A stretch of DNA of 64,000 bases from an uncultured delta proteobacterium. GTDB taxonomy: Bacteria > Myxococcota > Myxococcia > Myxococcales > Anaeromyxobacteraceae. Location of the stretch: the NCBI GenBank assembly GCA_963814585.1, contig CAWFDF010000014.1:480001-544000 (forward strand), read 5' to 3'. Below the pieces are notes generated by a model. The model did no database searches and was not told where the DNA came from. It saw nothing but the letters and a program-made list of their open reading frames with translations. This document shows, piece by piece, positions 30,129-40,583 of the stretch. Each line of letters opens with the position of its first letter. The stretch's first letter is position 1. A program made the translations under genes and the position numbers.

Positions 30129-31877
30129 TCACCCCGCCGCCCGCAGGTCCCTCAGCTTCAGCTGCAGCCGCCTGGTCCCGTCCCAGTCGTCGAAGCCGAC
30201 GGTGAAGGCCGCCTCGACCGGCCCCTGGCAGAGCCCGGCCCGGTCGCCCATGGAGAAGCCGATGGCGTCGAGCCCCTGGCCGAAGCTGAGCTTGAGGTGG
30301 GCCGCGCCGGCTCCGACGGTGCGCGCCTTCGACGGCCGGGACCGAAGGGCGAAGACCGGCTCGGGGTGGCCGGCGCCGAAGGGGCCGAGCCGCTCGAGAT
30401 CCTCGGCGGCGCGCGGCGTGAGATCGCCCTCCGCCACCCAGGCGTCGATGCGGCAGCGGGGGACCAGATCCTCGGCGGTGAGGGCCGCAGCGGCGTGGGT
30501 CTCGAAGGCCTCGCGAAAGGGAGCGATGGCCGAGGCGGCGATGGTGACACCGGCGGCGTGCCGGTGGCCTCCGAAGCGGAGGAGGTGGCCGCCGCAGGCC
30601 GCCAGCGCGTCGTAGAGGTGGAACCCCTCGATCGATCGGCCGCTCCCCTTCCCCTCCGCGCCGTCGAACCCGATGAGGACCGCCGGCCGGTGGAACCGCT
30701 CTGCCACCCGCGCCGCCACGATGCCGACCACGCCGGCATGCCAGCCGTCACGGGCCAGCACCAGCCCCCGGACGCCGCGCTTCACCGCGGCGGCCGCGTC
30801 GTCGAGCGCCTCGGCCAGCATGCGCCGCTCGATCTCCTGGCGTGCCTGGTTCTCGCGATCGAGCTCGTTCGCCAGCGCGGTGGCCTCGGCCTCGTCGAAG
30901 GTGGCGAGGAGCCGCACGCCGCGCCCGGCGTCGTCGAGCCGGCCGGCGGCGTTGATGCGGGGCCCGAGGCGGAAGCCGACCTGGCCGGCGCTCACCGGCC
31001 CTTCGGACACGCCGGCCACCCGCTTCAGGGCCCGCAGGCCGGGGCGGCGGGTGGTGGCGATCTCGGCGAGGCCGTGACGGACCAGGATCCGGTTGGCGCC
31101 GGTGAGCGGCACCACGTCGGCCACGGTGCCGAGGGCCACCAGATCGAGCGCGGCGCGCAGGTTGGGCTCGGGGCGCGCGGCGGTGAACCGGCCGGCCTCG
31201 CGCAGCGTCTTGCGGAGCGCCATGAGGAGGGTGAAGGTGACGCCGACCGCCGAGAGCTCCTTCGAGGGGTAGCCGCAGCCGGGCTGATGGGGATTGAGGA
31301 TGGCGACGGCGGCGGGGAGCTCCACCGGCACGGTGTGGTGGTCGACCACGACCGTCTCGACGCCGAGCGACGCGGCGGCGCGGACCTCCTCGACGCTGGT
31401 GATGCCGCAGTCGAGGCTCACCAGCAGCCTCACGCCCTGCGCCGCCAGCCTCTCGACGGCGCCGGTGTTGAGCCCGTACCCCTCGACCAGGCGGTGAGGC
31501 ACGTAGGTGACCACGTCGCCGCCGGCCGCGCGGAGGAACCCCGAGAGCAGGACGGTGGAGGTGACGCCGTCCACGTCGTAGTCGCCGTAGGCCGCGATCC
31601 GCTCGCCGCGCTCCAGCGCGGCCGCCAGGCGGGCCACCGCGGCCGGCATCCCCTTCATCGAGAATGGGTCGGGGAGGCCGGCCAGCGGCGCCTCGAGGAA
31701 GGCGCGGGCCGCGGCCGGATCGGCGTAGCCGCGCGAGGCGAGGACCCGGGCGGCCAGCGGGTGGAGCCCGAGGGCGCCGGCCAGCCCGGCCGCCCCCTCC
31801 CCGTCACCGCCCACCTCGATCCAGCGCTTCCCTGGCTGCTCGTCCACGGGGGGTTCCGTACCAGCCTCGTCTGACAC
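30129..31877 (-). CDS. recJ: Single-stranded-DNA-specific exonuclease RecJ
   Basis: YGDYDVDGVTS, EGYGLN, VDHH, LGTVADVVPL, PRINAAGR, GGHRHAAG, PFGAGHPEP. Confidence 0.97.
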   Translation of the reverse strand: MSDEAGTEPPVDEQPGKRWIEVGGDGEGAAGLAGALGLHPLAARVLASRGYADPAAARAFLEAPLAGLPDPFSMKGMPAAVARLAAALERGERIAAYGDYDVDGVTSTVLLSGFLRAAGGDVVTYVPHRLVEGYGLNTGAVERLAAQGVRLLVSLDCGITSVEEVRAAASLGVETVVVDHHTVPVELPAAVAILNPHQPGCGYPSKELSAVGVTFTLLMALRKTLREAGRFTAARPEPNLRAALDLVALGTVADVVPLTGANRILVRHGLAEIATTRRPGLRALKRVAGVSEGPVSAGQVGFRLGPRINAAGRLDDAGRGVRLLATFDEAEATALANELDRENQARQEIERRMLAEALDDAAAAVKRGVRGLVLARDGWHAGVVGIVAARVAERFHRPAVLIGFDGAEGKGSGRSIEGFHLYDALAACGGHLLRFGGHRHAAGVTIAASAIAPFREAFETHAAAALTAEDLVPRCRIDAWVAEGDLTPRAAEDLERLGPFGAGHPEPVFALRSRPSKARTVGAGAAHLKLSFGQGLDAIGFSMGDRAGLCQGPVEAAFTVGFDDWDGTRRLQLKLRDLRAAG

Positions 31878-32296
31878 CCCGTTCGGGGGGCGCAGACCGG
31901 GAGCGCCGGGCCAGGCGTCCGGACCGCGGACTGTCCGGTCTCGGCGCGACCCCAGGATATCGGGAACCTAGGAGAAAAGGTCCGCGGCCGAGCCGGATGG
32001 TCCACCAGGTGGGCAACTACTCTGGGTCGGGAGGTCGGGAGGTCGGGTCGGCGGGCCGGGGCTGGGAGCCCGACGCGCGGGGCCCGGCCCACCGGCGCGC
32101 GGCCGAGGAGCCTCGAACCTTTCCGCCCAGGCGGAATCGGCGCTGGCCAGCGGGCGCGCCGCAGGCGCGACGTGCGCACGAGGTGGGCCGGGCCACGCGG
32201 CGGCGGGCGCCGTTCAGGCCACCCAGCGGACGGGACGCCGAACCGCAGCGGCCGCCTCACCGTGCTCCGGGGAGGCCACCCCGCCCGCCGGACCGG

Positions 32297-33473
32297 CTAC
32301 CGCGCCGGCGTGGCCGCCGGGGTGGTCTTCTTCCTGGCCGCCCGCTCCTCGAACCAGATGGTCATGGGCGCGGCGATGAACCAGGTCGAGTAGGTGCCGG
32401 AGACGATGCCCAGCAGCATGGCGAAGGCGAAGTCGAAGATGGTGCCGACGCCGAAGATGAGCAGGCCGACCAGCGAGAGGGCGGTGGCGAACGAGGTGAG
32501 GAAGGTCCGGCCCAGGGTCTCGTTGATGGCCAGGTTGACGAGGTCGCCGAGACCTCGCCCCGCGAACTTGGACTTGTTCTCGCGGATCCGGTCGTAGACC
32601 ACCACCGTGTCGTTCACCGAGTAGCCCACCACCGTGAGGATCACGGCGATCGAGGTCAGGTTGAACTCGCGGCCGCTGAAGGCGAAGTAGCCGAGCGTCA
32701 CGATGGCGTCGTGGATGATGGCGATGACCACGCCCGGGCTGAAGCGGAAGTCGAAGCGCAGCCCGACGTACACCACGATGAGCGCGATGGCGTAGAGGAC
32801 GGCCTTGAAGCCCTGGTTGCGGAGCTCGCGCCCCACCGCCGGGCCGACGTACTCGACGCGCCGCACCTCGGGCCGGGACGCCCCGAAGCGGGCGTTGAGC
32901 TCGTGCTCCACCTTCTCGCGGATGCCCTGGGTGATGACCGCGAAGGAGCGCGTCCCGGCGGTCAGGCCGGCCTCCTCGCGCACCTCCCGGACCCGGACCC
33001 CCGCCGCCTCGACGGCGGCCCGCAGGTCGGCCGGGGCCACCGCCCCATCGAACTGGAAGTCGAGCTTGTCGCCGATCTCCGGGTTGAAGGAGACCGACTT
33101 CACCGCGAACTTCGCCTTGACGGCGTCCTCCACCCGCTTGACGTCCTCGGCGCCCATCAGGGCGATGCGGCCGACGCGGATGAGGAAGGTGTTGTCCGAC
33201 TCCGGCCCGTAGGTCTGGACCGAGGCGTCCTTGAAGCCCTGCTCCTCGACGCTGCGGCGGATGGCGCCCGGATCGACGGGCTGGGCGAACTTCACCTCCA
33301 TCTCGGTGCCGCCGGCGAAGTCGACGCCGAAGTTGAGCCCGTGGACGGCCGGGAGCGACCAGCGCGATCACCGCCAGGTTGGCGATCAGCGACAGCACCA
33401 CCGCGATGCGGCGCTTGCCGACGAAGTCGAAGGTGGTCCCGTGGGGGAGGATGTCGAAGGTCTTGAATTGCAT
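32297..33473 (-). CDS. secF: Protein translocase subunit SecF; apparent frameshift near 33362
   Basis: FDFVGKRR, then GLNFGVDFAGG in the next frame, VGPAVG.EL, GYSVNDTVVVYDRIRE. Confidence 0.93.
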
Positions 33474-33477
33474 CGCG

Positions 33478-35310
33478 CTACACCGAGAGGCGCGCCGTGT
33501 CGTGGCGCGTCAGGTATTCCATGATGGCGCGGGTGACCACGATGGAGGTGAACATCGAGGCGATCAGGCCGATGGTGAGGGTCACCGCGAAGCCGCGGAC
33601 CGGGCCCGAGCCGTACTGCATGAGCACGAAGGCCGCGACCAGCGCCGTGACGTGCGAGTCGACGATGGTCCAGAAGACCCGGTCGTAGCCCTGCTGGACC
33701 GACTGCTTGACGGTCCGTCCGGCGCGCATCTCCTCGCGGATGCGCTCGTTGATGAGGACGTTGGCGTCCACCGCCATGCCCAGCGTCAGCACGAAGCCGG
33801 CGATGCCGGGCAGCGTGAGCGTGGTGCCGATCATCGACATGACGGCGAGCACCAGCAGGCCGTTGAGCGCCAGGGCGATGTCGGCCACCAGGCCGGAGAG
33901 CCGGTAGTAGGCGGCCATGAAGACCAGCACCAGGGCCACGCCGACCAGCGCCGCCAGGGTGCCCTTCTTCACCAGCTCGGGACCGAGGGTGGCGCCCACG
34001 GTCCGCTCCTCGAAGATGGTGACCGGCGCCGGCAGCGCGCCCGCCTTGAGGACCAGGGCGATGGCGTTGGCCTCCTCGAACTGCTCCTGGTAGCTGCGTC
34101 CCGAGCCGAGGGTGATCTGGCCGCTGTTGGAGATGCGCCCCTGGATGTACGGGGCCGTCTCGACCTTGTCGTCGAGCACGGTGGCCATGCGCCGCTGCAG
34201 GTTGTCGGTGGTGAGCTTCTCCATCAGCCGCGCGCCGTCCGGCGACATGGTGAAGCTGACCACCGGCTTGCCGCCGCCGGGCGCGCTGTTGTCGATCGAG
34301 GCGCGGGCGTCGGCGATGTAGTCGCCGGTCATCTCGGTCTTGGCCCGCATCAGGAACGTCCGGTAGTAGGTCTGGCGGCCCATGTCCCGCCCCACCACCA
34401 CCTCGCCGATGCCGATGGAGTTCTTGCCGGCCTCGATGAGCGGGGCGAGCTTGCTGGCGATGACCGCCTCGAGCTCGGCGCGCTTGCCGGCCGCCACCAG
34501 CGTGGCCTGGCGCTGGCCGCCGTTGGGCAGCTCCAGGCTCTCGACCGTCCAGCAGCCGCCCTCGGGGAGCGGGAAGGTCATGCCATCGCGGCTGGACGGG
34601 CAGACCGGGAGCTGCGCCTGGACGGCGTCGAGCGCCGTGTTCTCGTCGTCGCAGATCTTGAACTCGAGCTGCGCGGTGCGGCCGAGCAGGTCCTTGGCCT
34701 TCTCCGGGTCCTTGAAGCCGGGCAGCTGGATCTGGATCTGGTTGTTGGCCTTGCGCTTGATGTCGGGCTCGCTGACGCCCCACTTGTCGACGCGGTTGCG
34801 GATGGTCTTCTCCGCCTGCTCGACGGCCTTGGCCTTGAACTCGCGCAGGACCTGGTCCTTGAAGGCGAAGAGGACCTGGCCCGCGGCGGCGCCGCCCGGC
34901 GAGTAGATCTCGGCGTCGTAGAAGTCGAGCGTCACCTTCTCGGCGTCGGCGGTCGCGGCGGTGGTCACCACGATGCGCAGCCCGGTGGCGTCCGGGGCCG
35001 CCGAGGTGAAGGGCACCGCCTTCTCCTTCAGGTGGTCGGCGATCTCGTCGGCGCGCCGCGCCACCTTGGCCTTCACGGCCCGGTCGACGTCGACGCCCAG
35101 GGCGAGGTGGATGCCGCCCTGCAGGTCGAGGCCGAGGTTGAGGTGCTTCCTCGCGTCCGGGGCCCAGCCCGGCACCGACCTGTCATAGGCCTCGCCGCCC
35201 CGCTCCTCGGGCGAGAGCTTGAAATAGTGGAAGCTGGGGACCAGCTGCCAGACCGACCAGATCGCCACCACCGCGATCAGCGCGACGCGGGTGTACCAGG
35301 CGCGTTCCAT
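33478..35310 (-). CDS. secD: Protein translocase subunit SecD
   Basis: LNLGLDLQGG, GALPAP, TLTLPGIAG, GMAVDANVLINERIREE. Confidence 0.97.
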   Translation of the reverse strand: MERAWYTRVALIAVVAIWSVWQLVPSFHYFKLSPEERGGEAYDRSVPGWAPDARKHLNLGLDLQGGIHLALGVDVDRAVKAKVARRADEIADHLKEKAVPFTSAAPDATGLRIVVTTAATADAEKVTLDFYDAEIYSPGGAAAGQVLFAFKDQVLREFKAKAVEQAEKTIRNRVDKWGVSEPDIKRKANNQIQIQLPGFKDPEKAKDLLGRTAQLEFKICDDENTALDAVQAQLPVCPSSRDGMTFPLPEGGCWTVESLELPNGGQRQATLVAAGKRAELEAVIASKLAPLIEAGKNSIGIGEVVVGRDMGRQTYYRTFLMRAKTEMTGDYIADARASIDNSAPGGGKPVVSFTMSPDGARLMEKLTTDNLQRRMATVLDDKVETAPYIQGRISNSGQITLGSGRSYQEQFEEANAIALVLKAGALPAPVTIFEERTVGATLGPELVKKGTLAALVGVALVLVFMAAYYRLSGLVADIALALNGLLVLAVMSMIGTTLTLPGIAGFVLTLGMAVDANVLINERIREEMRAGRTVKQSVQQGYDRVFWTIVDSHVTALVAAFVLMQYGSGPVRGFAVTLTIGLIASMFTSIVVTRAIMEYLTRHDTARLSV

Positions 35311-35658
35311 CTACTTCTTCTCGGGCCTGGCGGGCGCAGTGACCGGCCTCTCCACCCACGGGCCGATGACGTTCACCTTGATGACGCGGACCTTGGTGCC
35401 GGCGCCCACGTCGAGGATCACGGTCCGGTCCTCGACCTGGTGGACGGTGCCGATCAGGCCGCCCTGGGTGACCACCTCGTCGCCCTTCTTCAGCTCGGAG
35501 ATGAGCTTCTTGTGCTCCCGGGCCTGCTTCTGCTGGGGCCGGATCATGAGGAAGTAGAAGACGAGGCCCATGAGGCCGAGCGGGACCAGCATGCTGGTCA
35601 GGCTCTGGGTCTGCCCCTCGGCGGTCTGGGCGAGGAAGGCGTGGAGGACGGAAGGCAT
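35311..35658 (-). CDS. yajC: Preprotein translocase subunit YajC
   Basis: FYFLMIRPQQK, LKKGDEVVTQGGLIG. Confidence 0.95.
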   Translation of the reverse strand: MPSVLHAFLAQTAEGQTQSLTSMLVPLGLMGLVFYFLMIRPQQKQAREHKKLISELKKGDEVVTQGGLIGTVHQVEDRTVILDVGAGTKVRVIKVNVIGPWVERPVTAPARPEKK

Positions 35659-35732
35659 GGCTGCTCCGGGAGGTGTGTGAAAAGGCGCCGATTTCTAACA
35701 GCAATCTCCCACCGAGGGCAACCGCTAACAGG

Positions 35733-36960
<1,228 letters not shown>

Positions 36961-36992
36961 GCCCGCGGTTTCCCCCGGCGCGGGGGGGCCCG

Positions 36993-37613
36993 TCAAGCCG
37001 GCCGGGCGCCCGAGCGGGCCACGTCGGTCACCATCGACTTCCAGAAGCGACCGGCCCGACCGGCCGCGTGGACGCGCAGTCCGACCGTCCGCTCCTCCGC
37101 GCCGGTCTCCTGGGTCCAGCAGACCACGGCCTCGGCCCGCGGGGCGAAGAACCCGCTCCCCAGCCGCACCAGCAGCACCTCGCCGACCAGCGGCACCTTC
37201 ACCGGCCAGCGCGCCGAGCAGCCTCCCTCGGCGACGTTCACCGTGGCCAGCGCGAGCCGGTCGGTGCCCCGGACCACGTCGAAGGTCCGCTCGGCGCCGA
37301 AGCGCGGCGCCCGCTCCTTGAAGTTGACCGGTTCGCCTCGCGCCGCCATGGCCAGGAAGCCCGCGGCCGGGATGCTCCCGGCGTCGAGACGGAGCTCGAT
37401 GCCCGGCGGGATCGACGGCCGCCCGATGCGCCGGACGCCCGTGACCCTGCCGAAGACGGTGGCGCGGATGGTCTGGCCGAGCACGCCGATCCGCGCCGCC
37501 ACCTCGTCGCCGACCCGCGCCTCGGAGAGGGTCGGCAGGAAGATCGCGCCCGACTCGGGACGCCATCCCGACAGGAACTGGCTCGGCTCGAGGTTGACCG
37601 AAACGCTGTGCAC
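36993..37613 (-). CDS. PilZ-domain protein (degenerate motifs)
   Basis: ERAPRF...NVAEGG...AVVCW...VGLR; N-terminal half also PilZ-like. Confidence 0.65.
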   Translation of the reverse strand: MHSVSVNLEPSQFLSGWRPESGAIFLPTLSEARVGDEVAARIGVLGQTIRATVFGRVTGVRRIGRPSIPPGIELRLDAGSIPAAGFLAMAARGEPVNFKERAPRFGAERTFDVVRGTDRLALATVNVAEGGCSARWPVKVPLVGEVLLVRLGSGFFAPRAEAVVCWTQETGAEERTVGLRVHAAGRAGRFWKSMVTDVARSGARPA

Positions 37614-37643
37614 CGCTGGACTCCCTTCCCCGCACCTGGCCGG

Positions 37644-38702
37644 TCAGTCGCCGTAGGCCTCACCCGCCCACCGCTCGACCAGCATGGCGTCCCCGTAGCT
37701 GAAGAAACGATACTCCCGAAGCACCGCCTCGCGGTAGGCCGCCAGCACCCGGTCGCGGCCCCCGAACGCGCAGACCAGCACCAGCAGGGTAGTCCTCGGG
37801 AGGTGGAAGTTTGTGACAAGGAGGTCGGCGGCCTGGAAGCGGAACCCCGGCCGGATGAAGAGCGAGGTCCGCCCGGGGCCCGCCGACAGCCGCCCGCCGG
37901 TGAAGGCGCTCTCCAGCGTCCGGATGGCCGTGGTCCCGACCGCGACGACCCGCCCACCCCGGTCCCGGCAGGCCTGGAAGGCCCCGGCCGTCTCCTCCGG
38001 CACCTCGTAGCGCTCCTCGTGCATCCGGTGCGCGTCGAGCGACTCCCCGCGGAACGGCAGGAACGTCCCGGCGCCGACGTGGAGGGTCACCGCCGCGCGC
38101 TCGACGCCGCGGGCTTCCAGGGCTGCGAGCAGCGCCGGCGTGAAGTGGAGGCCGGCGGTGGGCGCAGCCGCGCTCCCCGGGCTCCTCGCGAAGATGGTCT
38201 GGTAGCGATCGGCGTCCTCGGCGCCGGCCTCGCGCCGGACGTAGGGCGGCAAGGGAACCCGGCCGACGCGCGCCAGCACCGCCTCCAGCTCGCGGCCCTC
38301 CCGGTCGAGCCGCACCTCGTAGAAGCCTTCGCCGAGCGACGCCTCCACCACCGCCGTGAGCTCGCCGAACTGGAGCTCGACCCCGGGCCTGAGCGCCTTG
38401 GACGCCTGCCCCATGGCGAGCCAGCGAGGCGCCAGCTCGCCCCCGAGCGGCTCGAGCAGGAGCAGCTCGGCCTTGCCGCCGGTCCCGGCCTTGTGCCCGA
38501 CCAGGCGGGCCGGGATGACCCGCGTGTCGTTGAACACCACCAGGTCGCCGGCCCGGAGGAGCGAGGGCAGGTCGGAGAAGGTGCGGTGGTCGATGCCGCC
38601 CACCCGGGGGAGCACCAGGAGCCGGGAGGCATCCCGCGGCGTCACCGGCGCCTGCGCGATCAGCGGCTCGGGCAGCTCGAAGTCGAAATCGGAGACCCTC
38701 AT
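37644..38702 (-). CDS. queA: S-adenosylmethionine:tRNA ribosyltransferase-isomerase
   Basis: [52 protein letters not shown]. Confidence 0.97.
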   Translation of the reverse strand: MRVSDFDFELPEPLIAQAPVTPRDASRLLVLPRVGGIDHRTFSDLPSLLRAGDLVVFNDTRVIPARLVGHKAGTGGKAELLLLEPLGGELAPRWLAMGQASKALRPGVELQFGELTAVVEASLGEGFYEVRLDREGRELEAVLARVGRVPLPPYVRREAGAEDADRYQTIFARSPGSAAAPTAGLHFTPALLAALEARGVERAAVTLHVGAGTFLPFRGESLDAHRMHEERYEVPEETAGAFQACRDRGGRVVAVGTTAIRTLESAFTGGRLSAGPGRTSLFIRPGFRFQAADLLVTNFHLPRTTLLVLVCAFGGRDRVLAAYREAVLREYRFFSYGDAMLVERWAGEAYGD

Positions 38703-38745
38703 CGCGCGCCGGGGTGTAGCACGCCCGCGGGCGGCGGGCCGGCCA

Positions 38746-39847
38746 TCAGTAGAGCTTGATGAGCTCGGTCCCGGGGTAGTAGCGGCGCAGGATGTCGCGG
38801 TACCCCTTCCCCTCCCGGGCCAGGCCGGCCGCGCCCCACTGGCACAGCCCGGCCCCGTGTCCCTGGCCGCGGCCGCTGAAGGTGAACGCCCCCCCCTTCT
38901 CCTTCACCTGGAAGGCCAGCGACGGCAGCGTGCTCCAGCCGAGCCGCTGCCTCAGGTCGACCCCGTGTGAGCACCAGCCTGGTCCCGCCCGCCAGCACCT
39001 CGACGCGCGACACCCGGCCCGACGCCGTCTGCTCCGTCACCTGCAGCGCCCTCACCGGGCCGGGCAGTCCCAGGGCCTTGCCCAGCTCGACGCCGGTCCG
39101 GGTGAGCGCCCAGCGGGCGCCGGGCGCCTCGTTGCAGTGGCCGCAGGGGACCGGGACCAGGTACGGCAGGTCCCGCCCGAGCGCATCGAGGCCGCGCTCG
39201 GTCTGGCCGCCGCAGCTGGAGTGGAAGAAGGCCTCGACCGGCTCGTTGCCCCGGACCAGCACCTCCCCGCGGGTGGCGTCGGCGGCGGCGCGGGCCGCGG
39301 AGCCGGGGGCGGCGCCGGCGTAGACCTGCGAGAGGACGTTGGCCCCCAGGTGGTACGACCGGCCGGCCACCTCGGCCTCGATCTTCCTCACCAGCGCGTA
39401 GGTGCGGGCCGCCACCGCCTGCGCCTTCTGCGCCTCGGCCGGGAAGCTGGACGGCAGCTCCCCGGAGAGCACGCCCGCCACGTAGGCGTCGAGCGGCAGC
39501 TCCTCGATGAGCCGGAGCGTCGCGCCGGTCCGCTCCACCACCGCCACGGTGGAGAGGACCCGGCCGCCCATCCGCAGCGGCCGGGTCGCCCCGATCACCG
39601 CGATGGGACCGGTCTCGACGGCTCCCACGCGCAGCCCGTCACCGCGGGCGACCACCTCGACGACGGCGCCCTCCAGTGGACGTGCCGGGAGCTCCTCCAG
39701 CCCCTCCTCGACCGGCTCGCGAACCGTGAGCTGCTCGCCCTGGAGCTTCACGGCGAGGAGGCCTTCGGCCACCACCACGCGGATCAGCTCCTCGGCGCGG
39801 GCCGGGAGCGCGGCCAGCAGCAGCAGGGCGAGCAGGCGAGGTGGCAC
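38746..39847 (-). CDS. SpoIID/LytB domain lytic transglycosylase-like protein; apparent frameshift near 38965
   Basis: Signal peptide, YVAGVLSGE, EAQKAQAVAARTY, FHSSCGG; GHGAGLCQWGA and ILRRYYPG in the next frame. Confidence 0.88.
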
Positions 39848-39941
39848 CGCAGGATTCTCGCGGCGGCGAGCCCCCGCGTCCAGCGGACGTCCCTCGCCTC
39901 GTCGCGGTGGCCCGGCCCGCGGCGGCGGGGTATACGGACGC

Positions 39942-40583
39942 GTGGCCGCCATCCAGTGGATCATCGACCTGCTCCGGAACCCCGGCGACATCATCACCTG
40001 GGGCGGCTATCCGGCGCTCGCCGCCATCGTCTTCCTCGAGACCGGCGCCATGGTCTTCTTCCTCCCCGGCGACTCGCTGCTGGTGATGGCGGGGCTCTAT
40101 GCCGCCAAGGGCGACCTCGACATCCTGGTGCTCAACGGGCTGCTCATCCCGATGGCGATCGCCGGTGACGCCACCTCCTACTGGATCGGCACCCGCACCG
40201 GGCCCCACCTCTTCAACCGGCCGCGCTCCCGGTTCTTCCGCCCCGAGTACGTCCTGGCGGCGCACCAGTTCTACGAGCGGCACGGCGGCAAGGCCATCAT
40301 CCTGGCCCGCTTCATGCCGCTGGTCCGCACCTTCGTCCCGGTGGTGGCCGGCGTCGCCGGCATGAGCTACCGGCGCTTCGCCGCCTTCAACGTCATCGGC
40401 GCCGCGGCCTGGGTCGCCTCGATGACGCTGATCGGCTTCGTGCTCGGCAGCCAGTTCCCGCTGCTGGTGCAGCACATCGAGAAGGTGATCATCGCGGTGG
40501 TGCTGCTCTCGATCCTGCCTGGCCTCTTCGAGTGGCTCCGGGCGCGCCGCCGGACGGGCGGCGCGGGCAGCGAAGCGGACTAG
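39942..40583 (+). CDS. DedA family membrane protein
   Basis: FLETG..FFLPGDSLL, ARFMPLVRTF, AGVAGM. Confidence 0.92.
   Translation: MAAIQWIIDLLRNPGDIITWGGYPALAAIVFLETGAMVFFLPGDSLLVMAGLYAAKGDLDILVLNGLLIPMAIAGDATSYWIGTRTGPHLFNRPRSRFFRPEYVLAAHQFYERHGGKAIILARFMPLVRTFVPVVAGVAGMSYRRFAAFNVIGAAAWVASMTLIGFVLGSQFPLLVQHIEKVIIAVVLLSILPGLFEWLRARRRTGGAGSEAD

Noticed and set aside
31850..32296. c-di-AMP (ydaO) riboswitch, 6S or SRP RNA in the secF-recJ gap
   Set aside because: Only fragmentary resemblance; the diagnostic conserved motifs are absent
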